A stretch of DNA of 64,000 nucleotides from Haliotis rubra (lineage: Eukaryota). Location: assembly GCF_003918875.1 (NCBI RefSeq), contig NW_025766978.1:1054001-1118000 (forward strand), in the 5' to 3' direction. The position numbers and the translations under genes are program-made. The notes beneath the pieces are model-generated. The model worked only from the letters and a program-made list of their open reading frames with translations, was not told the DNA's origin and ran no database searches. This document shows positions 11,261 to 23,422 of the stretch, piece by piece. How positions within the stretch are numbered: the first letter of the stretch is position 1; each line of letters opens with the position of its first letter.

Positions 11261-13894
11261 GTTACACTACTACAGTTAATATTGTCTTACAGCATTCGTT
11301 GATTCAAAGGTATGTTTCAGAGAAGGGGGGTAATAAGGGAGGTACAAAATAAATACTAAAGTAAGAACCATGACCTTACCAAATTAAAACGTTCTTGTGT
11401 TGATCTGAGAAGTTTTAGCTTCAGTACGATGCAGCGGTACTTTCAGTATTTAAACTGTATTGAATTTGGGTGCCATATAGGAGAAAGACAAGGATGCATA
11501 TTACTTCCTTTCTTCTTTCTTTCCATATTAATGAATTTGTCACGGAAATAGAAGGTAGATATCATTATGTTATACAATTACATCACATTATACAATTGTT
11601 TTCATATTGTAATGATTTTTGATACACTGGGTTACAACATCAAATCATTAGAACGGTTTTGTGAAGTCATGTCCAACTATCAGTATGTGAAAAACTAATG
11701 TATCGTTTTCCAAAACGGAGTATATTAACAAAAAAGGAGAAAGAAGTCATTTTATAAAGTCCAGGTATTACATTTTGTGACTAAATACAAAGAACAGGCG
11801 GTGCAGCATTTCATGTTGTTGTTTTAATTTGTGTGTGTGGAGGGTGGGGGGTGGGAGGAGTTGTGATTTATATTTCCAGCATGATGCGGAAATGATGTTG
11901 CACGGTGCCGAAGTGTGACAGATTTAGACTTACGAAGTATTGAGAGAGTACAAGATTAGGATGGACATGCGATTTGTGAGTTTAAGCTATCACACCAACT
12001 GGGCATGGCGAAAATGGTAGATTGGCATATTTTGATATGCACGGTGTAACTTACAAAGTATTAAGTAAAAGAATTACATTTGCCTTACAGACATCGAAGC
12101 TATCGATGAAAATGTCAAGAATTATGTCACTGTATGATAATCCCCAAAACGTAATCTGGATGTATAAGAATTCTATGAACTTACTTTTGTCTAAGTCTGA
12201 CGGTAGAAGATCCAGCATGTGATTAACAAAGACAATCAAAGACTATACAAGACTAAAGATGAGCACATACAGAATTGGTACCACCCAAAAATAAACATTA
12301 TGACTGAGTAATGTTTAAAAATTCATTATGAAACTGACGAATAATTTTTGCCATCTCTTTTGCACAAAAATATGTTTTTCTAATAAAGGCTTATGGCATT
12401 TTCATAAAATTGATCAGATAAGACGCACACAAATATTGAAAGGACATACAGTTTGAACAATCTGAATTAAGAAGAAACTAGAAGATGAGTGCAATATTTT
12501 CTTTCTATATCCAGTATATAATCAGTGGCCGCCACAAAACCCTTGAAATAAAGTTCAGGCCGTATGTTGATTTCCTGTTATACTAACTCGGACACAACCG
12601 CTATTTTCCATATACATCCTTCAAAGAAGGAACAATTGGAGATGCATCGACTGTATAGAAGAAATCTGAAATTGGCATAATACAGACATGTAAAAACGAG
12701 ATTGTATTCCGAGACATGATTCACTGACGGTTACAATTGCCAATTTGATGCGGGTTACAAGCCTGGATCGCTCCTGTGTCAAACTAAACAAATCGCGCCT
12801 TCATTTCCCATCCACGAAGACACCGCTTTTATCAGTCCGAAATGTCAAGCAAAACATTATCAACATAAAAATCAGCAGTCATCGATCACATTGCTACATG
12901 CATCAATAAAAAATTGCAGATGCATTATTCGAAGCGTTTCCCATTCTCGACCCGCACGGAGGGATGAATACCGTTATTTCCCCTTTTGTTTCGACGTCAA
13001 GACGCCGTTACGTTCGCATCTCTTTTGAACAATCACGATTGACTCTGTGAAGTAAAGCCCCCTGTCGTGAATCAATTGCGACATTTAGAGAATCCAACTT
13101 GTTATCTATGTTGTAGCTTTGAAAACCATATCCTCGACTCAAACGATTGCACTTGATAACACACGAATGAACTAAAAAAATAGAAATAAATTAAAGGATG
13201 TTTATATATTCAGTTAATCTGATGTTGCATAATTGCTTTTTCTTGCTGCATCTTATGGAAAATATTGATAATTACATAACAGCTATTGTTTGTGTTTATT
13301 TAGTTAAATGGGTGTGAGAGTTATTGAGATTGGTTAATGAGGTGTATGAAGTACCATTGATAACGTGTTACCCCCTGAAGGGGGATGGCAGCCATCAATG
13401 GACCGTCTCTCAGGGGACCTGCCAAACACGTCGCCAACAACCGCAGCGATATGCTCCCTTTTACAGCTACTACATTGCCAGTGCAGATGAAATTCGGTAT
13501 AACCGATTTAGTTCTCGTTTTCTTTCATTCAAATACTATCGGGACCCAGTTCTACATAGCGATCTAAGCTGTAAGACTCACGTAGTCTCCAGACTTTTGC
13601 GTACCTCGGTCTCCCTTCCATTAAACTGTCTAACGGGATTGCGTCGGGTTAATGCTTTACGACGTTCTAAGTCGTGTGTGGAACGGGACACAAGCAACAA
13701 ATTGTGTTTTTTATCTGTTCCCAGCAGTACACTTCACTCAGATCTTTTTGTAACGAACTACATGATTGTAAAATCAACTCAATACATCCGAAGTGGTTTG
13801 TCCACGCACGAAAACAAACAACGGGGGTATCAGACTGTTTGGCTGTTACCGACTGTACGTATTATGGTAAATATCTCATTCGACTAGTAACAGA

Positions 13895-15240
13895 GAACCT
13901 CCTATACACAAGCCCCGGGCCCGTCCTCTGGTGCCGTCCTCTTTCCTTTACACCACACTCTCCTATACACAAGTCCCCGTCCTCTGGTGCCGTCCTCTTT
14001 CCTTTACGCCACACCCTCCTATACATCACCCCTCCTATGTTCCCGTCCTCCTTCCTCACACTCTCCTATGCCCCGTCCTCTGGTGTCGTCCTCTTTCCTT
14101 ACACCACACCCTCCTATACACAAGCCCCCATCCTCTGGTGTCGTCCTCTTTCCTTACACCACACCCTCCTATACACAAGTCCCCGTCCTCTGTTCCCGTC
14201 CTCCTTCCTTACATCACACTCTCCTATACACAAGCCCCCGTCCTCTGGTGCCGTCCTCTTTCCTTACACCACACCCTCCTATACACAAGTCCCCGTCCTG
14301 TGTTCCCGTCCTCCTTTCTTACATCATACTCTCCTACACACAAGCCCCCGTCCTCTGGTGTCGTCCTCTTTCCTTACACCGCATCCTCCTATACACAAGA
14401 CCCCGTCCTCTGGTGCCGTCCTCTTTCCTTACACCACACCCTCCTATACACAAGCCCCCATCCTCTGTTCCCGTCCTCTTTCCTTACACCACACCCTCCT
14501 ATACACAAGCCCCCATCCTCTGTTCCCGTCCTCTTTCCTTACACCACACCCTCCTATACACAAGCCCCCGTCCTCTGTTCCCGTCCTCTTTCCTTACACC
14601 ACACCCTCCTATACACAAGCCCCCGTCCTCTGGTGTCGTCCTCTTTCCTTACACCACACCCTCCTATACACAAGCCCCCGCCCTCTGGTGTCGTCCTCAT
14701 TCCTTACACCGCATCCTCCTATACACAAGACCCCGTCCTCTGGTGCCGTCCTCTTTCCTTACACCACACCCTCCTATACACAAGTTCCCGTCCTGTGTTC
14801 CCGTCCTCCTTTCTTACATCACACTCTCCTACACACAGCCCCGTCCTCTGGTGTCGTCCTCTTTCCTTACACCGCACTCTCCTATACACAAGCCCCCGTC
14901 TTCTGGTGCCGTCCTCTTTCCTTACACCACACCCTCCTATACACAAGCCCCCATCCTCTTTTCCCGTCCTCTTTCCTTACATCACACCCTCCTATACACA
15001 AGCCCCCGTCCTCTCTTCCCGTCCTCTTTCCTTACACCAAACCCTCCTATACACAAGCCCCCATCCTCTGGTGTCGTCCTCTTTCCTTACATCACACCCT
15101 CCTATACACAAGTCCCTGTCCTCTGTTCCCGTCCTCTTTCCTTACACCACGCCCTCCTATACACAAGTCCCCGTCCTCTGATGTCGTCCTCTTTCCTTAC
15201 ACCACACCCTCCTATACACAAGCCCCCGTCCTCTGTTCCC
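13895..15240. repeat. 54-55-bp pyrimidine-rich minisatellite, about 24 copies
   Basis: Unit CTCCTATACACAAGCCCCCGTCCTCTGGTGTCGTCCTCTTTCCTTACACCACACC. Confidence 0.96.
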
Positions 15241-16950
15241 ATCCCTTGATTCAAGACGACCGTTCCCCGTTCCCCCCAAGCCTCAGCTCAGTCAACAGTC
15301 TTCTTGCCCATGAGAAATCGGAATATACATGAATGTTGTCATTTTATTATGATGCAGATTTTTTATGATCTCCCTGACTTACATACATCTGTTCGTTGGG
15401 AAAATATTTAGTCAATGCAAATTCAATCTCGCAATGCCACGTTTTTGTAAATTATTTTATCTCGGAAACGAAACTCAGTTAGGTACGTTCTCTGTCCGGT
15501 CATGCTGAGATACGGTGATGGGCAACCCTTACAAACATGACGGGACAAACAGACCTCACAGATGTTTTTCCATCTTTGAAAAGTAAAACTTCGGCCGACG
15601 TCCACAAACAGTATAAACGCACACCTGGGAGTACACAATGCATGTATTTACAAACAATGTGTTGTTAATGGACTGATCTCAGCAGGGATGTTTCATTGGC
15701 AAACATTATCATAAACTACGTGATATGTTTGTGGTGGTTTAAAGAACACATTCAAGGCCATACTTTCTTTGAAAATAAGTGTCCCAGAAAGGTGAATTAG
15801 TGTGGTGTTATGCTGATGGTAACGGCAGGGGACACCGGAAATTGGCATCATCTGTGTTCTTGTGGGGAATAAAACCCGGTCCTGCAGCGTGAAGAGCGTG
15901 CACCTTGGCCACTTCGCTACCCTACCTCCCCAGTCGTATGGACACATGTCACCTTGGTCGAAGACCTCAACAATGGCGTCTTCAGCCACATGCTGTTTGA
16001 CCTGCAGTTGTGACCTTGAGACTTTGGGTCCGGAAATTGAAACAACAGGCGCCAACACCAGTGGAGAAGTAACAACAAATGAATCATCTGCTGGCCGGGT
16101 GTTGAGATAACGTCCAACAAAGGCCTCTGTTCTCTTGAGGTGTTGACAAGCATTTTCTTATCATATATCTAATAAATAAATATTTGTCACCGAGTACAAT
16201 GAAGTAATGATTTAATAATTTGTTCAGTTCTGTGTGATGGTAGAATATTTTGGCGGGTTTAATTAATATAACTACGGTCGGGTCGAGGATATCTGTTTCG
16301 TTTTTTAGGGCGATGGAGCAAAACCACAATAAGGGAGATAATCAAGTAACGTATCTATTGTGATAACCCCTACAAAAACCAGGAGCGCTGGTTGTGATGT
16401 TTCAAACTGATAGGTGTTCAAAATTCCGTAAAGGGATGGCAGAAGAAGGCTGGAGAAGGATTCCATTTTTTCAGTTTGATCTGCATGGACGCGGTTTTAC
16501 GCTTAATGCACAATCATGCAATCATGCATAGGTTGAATAATACTTTGGCACGATCTGTTCGTTGTATCAAATAGTGCATGAACAGGAGAAAAAAGGTCTT
16601 CATTTATAATGCAGTGCATGTTCTAAATTAAGTTACTTACATATTTAAGGAATATATTATATCACGTTGAATATTTATGAACAATAAATATTGAAAACAC
16701 TTTTGCTGAGACATATGCCATATGTTGAATGTCATTTCAGTTTTGAAATAACAGGTTCCGGCTGTGTCACTGCTTGTAAACGATCAATTTGGCACCATGT
16801 TGCCATGAACTGACCATGTTAAAAATAGATCATCTCATGGGGTGCCATATACCAGTTACCAAACGTGGAAATTCTTCCTGATAATGCCATAAACATTACC
16901 AACCATATATCATAAGCAGCATATTTATAATTACCAAAGTTGATTGACGT

Positions 16951-16951
16951 T

Positions 16952-16992
<41 letters not shown>
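16951..16992. repeat. (TTAG)n microsatellite
   Basis: About 10 perfect copies. Confidence 0.95.
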
Positions 16993-17930
16993 GCCAAACA
17001 AATATCTTTACAGATGTTGCACGCGAGAGCTGTTTGATTCATAAAATTACTTTCTGAAGTAAATTATATCTATGCTTTCCCCATAATATCAATTCTGATT
17101 TTTCACAAGATGTATTTATTCCATCTTTTTTAGAAAACACGCACAAAATAGTAAGGACTTTCGAATACTTTTTAAAGATTTCTTTAACTCTAACGAGTGT
17201 GTGGTGCCAGGCAACTTTATAGTTTGAGAAGTTTGCTGGATGAAGATGCGGTTGTTATCCCCACCCTTGACAGTTCATGACGTCGGCCAGGGCAGCACGC
17301 AGTAGATGACGGAACCCCCTGGCATATCTCCAGTATCAGAATGGTTAAATTCTTCTTCGTCATCAGGTTTTCAAATGTAAAAGTTTGTTAAATCCAACAA
17401 GTAACAGTTTCATTATTTGAAAAATCAAATTTGGAGAAACAATATGAAAAATCCTGTGATGAAATATGACAAATACCTGCAAATGAAACACCGCTCTGAT
17501 CATCGAGATTTGACAAACGGATCTTGTTTAATTCAAACTTTTTAAGTACCACATGTTTCTTGTTTGAAAGTTTAAAAGGAAATTGTTAAATGATTAAAGC
17601 ACAGCATTTGACTCATTCGAATGCCTTGTAATGAAACCATGAAGTTCAGTCATGCCAGGCTCTCCTTTGCAAAGTTAAATATTATCTAAGGTCTAAAAGC
17701 ACTCTATGTTCTTGTACTTTAAAACGTTCCAACTGAAACAATTCTTTATTGAAGTGTAACTAAGTCCTACCTGAACTGCCTGTGGCTGTTTCCAGTACAC
17801 TAGCTAGTATGTCCCCCACACTCCTTTCATAACGTGTGTTCTCAGACAAGCTCCGCACCTCGACACTAATCAAAGCTCAATGCACGGTCAGTTCCATACA
17901 CACATTGGGACGGCCGACGGATCAAATGCC

Positions 17931-17972
17931 GTTATATATCGGAACGGAAGTCGCTAAAGAGTCACGTGACTC
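17931..17972 (-). promoter_or_regulatory. Candidate Pol II core promoter: palindromic E-box, ETS site and TATA
   Basis: GAGTCACGTGACTC at 17959-17972, CGGAAGT at 17945-17951, minus-strand TATATAA at 17938-17932, and a CAG|GTAGGA donor at 17771/17770. Confidence 0.4.
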
Positions 17973-19004
17973 GTTGGCGAGGGACGCTAAAAGCGTGCCT
18001 TCCGTCTTCCTTAAGCCTGTCGTAGTAATTGGCTTTCAATGGAGGGACTATTGATCAGAATGACGCTAGCATCCCCGGGCCAGCTCAAAGAACCACATGC
18101 ATTTAAAGGTGTGCTGGGGGGCAGGTCACTACAGGGTCCAGATGACCATTTGCTGGACAAAATGCATGTCGTGGACTCTCTTCTTCCATGAACTTTGCCA
18201 CGTGGAACATGGGGCTTCGTTAAGAACAATGGGTGGTGTTTGTTACAATTTCAAGGGTCAGAATTTGATAGATTGTTTTCCTCATTTACTACTTTCCTAA
18301 ATTGACTTACAATTTACACGAGTGACAGGCTGAGGAAAACAACGTGTTGTTTTGGGCTGGATTCATCAGAATTTAGGATGAATTATATTTTTAAACGTCC
18401 TGCTTTCATGACGGATGTTGTGTTGAAGAGTCCCCGAATCAATACTTATTTCATGCCATGTAACGATGTGTCGCGTGGTCACATTCATTTCACGTCAAAC
18501 AGTCTTCTAGAACTCGTTGTTGGTTGAAATGTAGGTGCACGAACTGTTACCGTTACAGCTGGCGGTCGCAATGCTGCAGTGTGTTGTTGTAGCCTAAGGG
18601 TATTCGAGTCCGCTTCCAGCAAACTTCCTTCCATGTGTAACTAATTGAGTATTGACAGACAGTCCAGTGGTTGATATTATGAACACTGATCGATGACTTC
18701 CGGGTACGATGATGCAACCAACTCACTGTCGAAATGACAGTTGTTTCAAAGTAAAAACTTGGCCCCTTCTAATTTAGTCACAATTTCCGGTTGTGTCGAA
18801 TCTTCGTTACCTCGGCGTACTTTCTGTTTCAATACAGAACTGAATCCATATCAGAACTAGAATCGCGAGTTTCACTCTTTAAAGCTCAACACAACAATAT
18901 TCCAACGATACGACTTGGTTCCTGGAGCATGGGATTAGCGGTTACTGCTACTTGCCTTGGTTTGGTTGTTTAACGGTTTGGCCTGTTGCCTTCGAAAACT
19001 TTGT

Positions 19005-19178
19005 CCACTGACTGACATCATGAGCATCGATGTACGTAATTAGGGTACAATGATATGTAACTAAGTCAGCGAGCCTAACAAGAAACCGTCAGCGAGCCTG
19101 ACCACCTGATCCCGTTAGCCACCTCTTACGACAAGCATGGGTTGGCTGAAGACCAATTATAACCCGGATGTTCACGGG
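19005..19178 (-). mobile_element. SINE family A copy including the 5' head
   Basis: Reverse complement CCCGTGAACATCCGGGTTATAATTGGTCTTCAGCCAACCCATGCTTGTCGTAAGAGGTGGCTAACGGGATCAGGTGGTCAGGCTCGCTGAC. Confidence 0.8.
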
Positions 19179-19766
19179 GGTACCCCAATATCAACACAGG
19201 TCATGACCCACAAACGTCTGCAATTAAACTGATTACTATATTAATTTTCTATTAACTACCAGGGAAAAAATCAAATTTTCTTCAAATACGGCATAATGTT
19301 GCACAAAATATATGTGCCGGGATCGATCGGTTTACATTGATGTCTAGCAATATCACCGCCTATCTGCTGACCGAGGTATTTTATGTCAGAATACGAGCTG
19401 ACCCGAAAATATTCCCACATTTGAGTATCGGCTTACGACTGTCGTAATTACGATTCTTTAGCAGAGATATTTACGACTGTCGTAACTATTCCTATTCTTT
19501 AGTTAGAGCATTACAATTCTTGTACTTTTGTCGAAAAATAATCTTTCCCTGAAATACTGGAATACAATAAAACCGAGATCACCAGCCCAACAACACCCAC
19601 AAATCTGTGACCGATTGTTCGGACATTCAGTTTCTGACAGAGACCATATGATCTGGTTCTGAACATCTAGGTACATACGTTTAAAAGCGGCGTAAAACCA
19701 AATCCACTCACTCACTCTCTCACTCACTATAACAAGTCAGCCAGATAGATAATGTTTAAATGGTGA

Positions 19767-20504
19767 CACCTGGTGTTCTTATATACAGGTCGATAGTATT
19801 GCTTTAGAAATCACAGGTATTCATTTAAAAAAACAACAAAAGAAAAGGGCATGTTTTGCCTTGAACACCTCAGATAGTATTGCTTTAGAAATCACAGATG
19901 TATTCATTTAAGAAAACAACAAAAGAAACGGGCATGTTTTGCCTTGAACACCTCAGTCGAGGAGGACGCCATCACGACCATCTCGATACGTGCATATAAA
20001 CCAAAAGTATTCAGCAAACACCTGGTGTTATTATATACAGGTCGATAGTATTGCTTTAGAAATCACATGTATTCATTTAAGAAAACAACAAAAGAAACGG
20101 GCATGTTTTGCCTTGAACACCTCAGTCGAGGAGGACGCCATCACGACCATCTCGATACGTGCATATAAACCAAAAGTATTCAGCAAACACCTGGTGTTAT
20201 TATATACAGGTCAATAGTATTGCTTTAGAAATCACAGGTATTCATTTAAGAAAACAACAAAAGAAACGGGCATGTTTTGCCTTGAACACCTCAGTCGAGG
20301 AGGACGTCATCACGACCATCTCGATACGTGCATATAAACCAAAAGTATTCAGCAAACACCTGGTGTTATTATATACAGGTCAATAGTATTGCTTTAGAAA
20401 TCACATGTATTCATTTAAGAAAACAACAAAAGAAACGGGCATGTTTTGCCTTGAACACCTCAGTCGAGGAGGACGTCATCACGACCATCTCGATACGTGC
20501 ATAT
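19767..20504. repeat. 169-bp tandem repeat, about 4.5 copies, first internally deleted
   Basis: Near-identical ORF-track starts at 19990, 20159 and 20328 (period 169); each unit contains AACACCTGGTGTT. Confidence 0.95.
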
Positions 20505-21508
20505 ACTCAGCAAACAGATTCTATGGATATACAGTTATGAATCACCATGCTCCCAAGATCAGTCAATTTGGTTATCTAGGTGGCTTGAGAAGGCGTGCGT
20601 GCAAAGGCGTCATTTTGAGAACGTGCACATGAGGAACAGTTCAGACAGTGGGCTGTGAGCGCGGTACTCACACACATTAACAGTCGTGACAGAACAAAGG
20701 GGATCTCTCCATACATGTTGGAGTGCCCTGTGATAGCGCGATCTAAGAGGTCGCAAATTGTTGGCTCGCCATTACCTCTTGGAAACAGAGATCTTTATTT
20801 GTTACTAAGCCAACAAGCTTTGATTTATAAGAAACAGTGCAATGTGTTAACAAGGCAAGACATATTAGATTTTTTGCAACCATTGCCGACTCAGGGATTC
20901 TGTCATCTTCTTTGAGCTTCTTACCTGTTCTCAGTTATTTAAAATGGTTGTTCTTAATCAAAGATATTTGTTACCAATCTGCTCTGGTGGTCTTTCAATT
21001 CGACTCATAATGTCACGGATGAATATAATTTATTCCCCATGACAGAGATCAAGATATCGGATCTTAGATCCAATATTTCGTTCACAGGCCGAGGTTGTCC
21101 TGAAGAACGTTGTTGTTTGTTGGAAAGGCAGTAGCAAATGTCGTTAATGTAGGTGCAATCGATGCTTCCTTACTCTTATACAAAACCCGGCCTAAAGAAC
21201 GGATTTGAATTGAAACTGGATTTAACACCAAAATACAAAAATATAATGGCTGGCCCGTTATGAGATACTCATCGGTATGATGAGTGTAATACCGCCCCAA
21301 ATAAGGGTTTATAATACATCACCATCGAATAATGATATTTATGTTTGCTTCATTTTAGTCTCGATTAAACTTGGGTTAATACTTTGTCTGGCCAGACAGT
21401 TTATACAGAAACCTATTTATGGGTTACCAGTATCTTCTTACACAGAGACAATACCATTTAGACCTATAAACCTTATATTTGGCTACCGTAACTTGAAACT
21501 GCAATGAC

Positions 21509-21639
21509 TGAGTGAATGAGTTTAGTTTTACGCCGCAATATCACGGCGGGGGACACCAGAAATGAGCTTCACACGTTGTGTCCATCTTGGGAATCGAACA
21601 CGGGTCTTCAGCGTGACGAGCTAGGCTACCCCACCGCCC
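21509..21639 (-). mobile_element. tRNA-derived SINE family B, internally deleted
   Basis: Reverse complement of the 59968 copy: GGGCGGTGGGGTAGCCTAG head, GTTCGATTCC B box, (ACTC)n tail. Confidence 0.85.
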
Positions 21640-21915
21640 AGAAACTGAAGAAGGCCAGGAAAGACATCAGTGAGTATTTATGGAAACTTTTGGTTTTAAA
21701 AGCGCCATGTCTACATTGATAATAGTTCCCCATCTTATATTTACCATCACCAAATTTCAAGCATAAGAAACCTAATTTATGCCTGATGCAATTCCCTATT
21801 TCGACTTGCTCCGTGTGTACACTTCAGACTTCACCTGTATCTGTCCACCGTGAGTCACAGGTGGTCCCCACACGCCCACCTTTCAGAGATAACCTGTAAT
21901 CATCCCTATTTAAAA

Positions 21916-22136
21916 AATTGGTCTTCTGCAACCCATGCTTGTCGTAAGCAACGACTAACGGGATTGGGTGGTCAGGCTCGCGGACTTGATAGACACACGT
22001 CATCGTATCCCAATTGCGTAGATCGATGGGCATGCTGTTGATCACTGGATTGTCTTGTCCAGACTCGATTATTTACAGACCGCCGCCATATAGTTGGGAT
22101 ATTGCTGAGTGCGGCGTTAAACAACAAACAAACAAA
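21916..22136 (+). mobile_element. SINE family A, near-complete copy
   Basis: AATTGGTCTTCTGCAACCCATGCTTGTCGTAAGCAACGACTAACGGG...GGCGTTAAAC plus (AAAC)n tail. Confidence 0.88.
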
Positions 22137-22970
22137 ACACTATTTGATATTTCATGAACCCATCTCCATGATGGGAATCCTGCAGTGGACTGTAGTGGGC
22201 TGCTGTAGTCGATAACCTATGAAGACTCGGACCGGGAATCTCTGTGATGACTTGTCTGTACACGAGTAGACAGGCAGTGTGAAACTCCCACCACATACAC
22301 TACACAACAAACATCTTTCGTCGTACCGTGTGCCGACTAAGGCGGAGAAAGCACTTCGTAATCCTAAAAACCAAACTTATGAGACTCTAAATGTTTATTT
22401 ACATTCATAATATACGAATGTTCATGGGCATCTACACACTGGTATAGTGTGGGACTTTATATCCGCCGCCTGTTAATTTAACAAATGTTACTTATTTTAT
22501 CAGTTTGTATGAATATCGACATAAATATGTACAAAACAAATAAAATTATAAACGGCTAATGAGGCCGAAATATGTTCAGTGTCAATCATGCAACATCTAC
22601 AAAGGCATTTGCATTTGTTGCGTTGAACCATGTATATAAATATTAATTATTTTGCTTTTGAGCTTTTCGTATTTCAGTCCTGCCTATGATGTTACATGTT
22701 TTCACAGAAAGTAACATGTAATAATGCTTCTGTAGATGTCTTTTTACATACATGTGAGCTGTTGCACATTAGATAGCTGATCACATATTACAGATCAGGA
22801 CAAAAGTGGACATATCAGTATCAAGGCAACAGCTGGGTAGATCATCAGATTATTTGGACCGTGTATAAAGGGGTCTTCTTTTATTCATCCAGTGTTAAAA
22901 TATGGACACACAACACAGAGGGAATAGAAGTGGGAACAGATAAAAAAGAAGACAATATTAACTGTTCAGA

Positions 22971-23185
22971 TAATAATAATGATATTACATTATAAAGTGC
23001 AATAAACTCCATTCACTAGATGAATGTTCCAAGCGCTAACAATCTGGTTATTTTTACCCTGGATAATCTAAGCCGCCTGTGAGGCGTTAGAATGTTAATA
23101 GTCAGATGGCTTATCCCACCGGGTACCCATTCTCTGCTGGGTGAACAGAGGCAATTTTGAACAAACTTCACTTGCCTAAGGTGAG
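22971..23185 (-). mobile_element. Older SINE fragment with a conserved central block and (TTA)n tail
   Basis: Minus strand CCTTAGGCAAG...GCCTCTGTTCACCCAGCAGAGAATGGGTACC, typical of the region after the tRNA head in invertebrate SINEs. Family not assigned. Confidence 0.5.
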
Positions 23186-23422
23186 ACCATGTGTATCTCC
23201 GTGGGTCTTTTTCAATGTAATTGCTATCCGAACTGTTAAAATCTTCACTACGTTTTCCAGTGAAATTTCACTTAATACTTGCTTTATATATTTTTACGAG
23301 TCAAAATGTGACTCGTACGGGACCATTTCCACCAGGAAACTTTTTTGAATGATCAAACATTGATCGACTTGCGTAAGCTTAAGACTGGAATGTTCAACTA
23401 CAGCACAGGTGATTACATTGTA

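Noticed and set aside
13674-15332. 416-552 aa ORFs in three frames
   Set aside because: A C/T-rich minisatellite strand lacks stop codons; the same peptides rotate through all frames.
15917-16150. GC-richer open block on the minus strand (...PLVLAPVVSISGPKV...)
   Set aside because: No recognisable domain or convincing splice pair; possibly a decayed TE.
18060-18215. Minus-strand peptide MFHVAKFMEEESPRHAFCP, faintly transposase-like
   Set aside because: Too short, and the similarity is too weak to support without a search.
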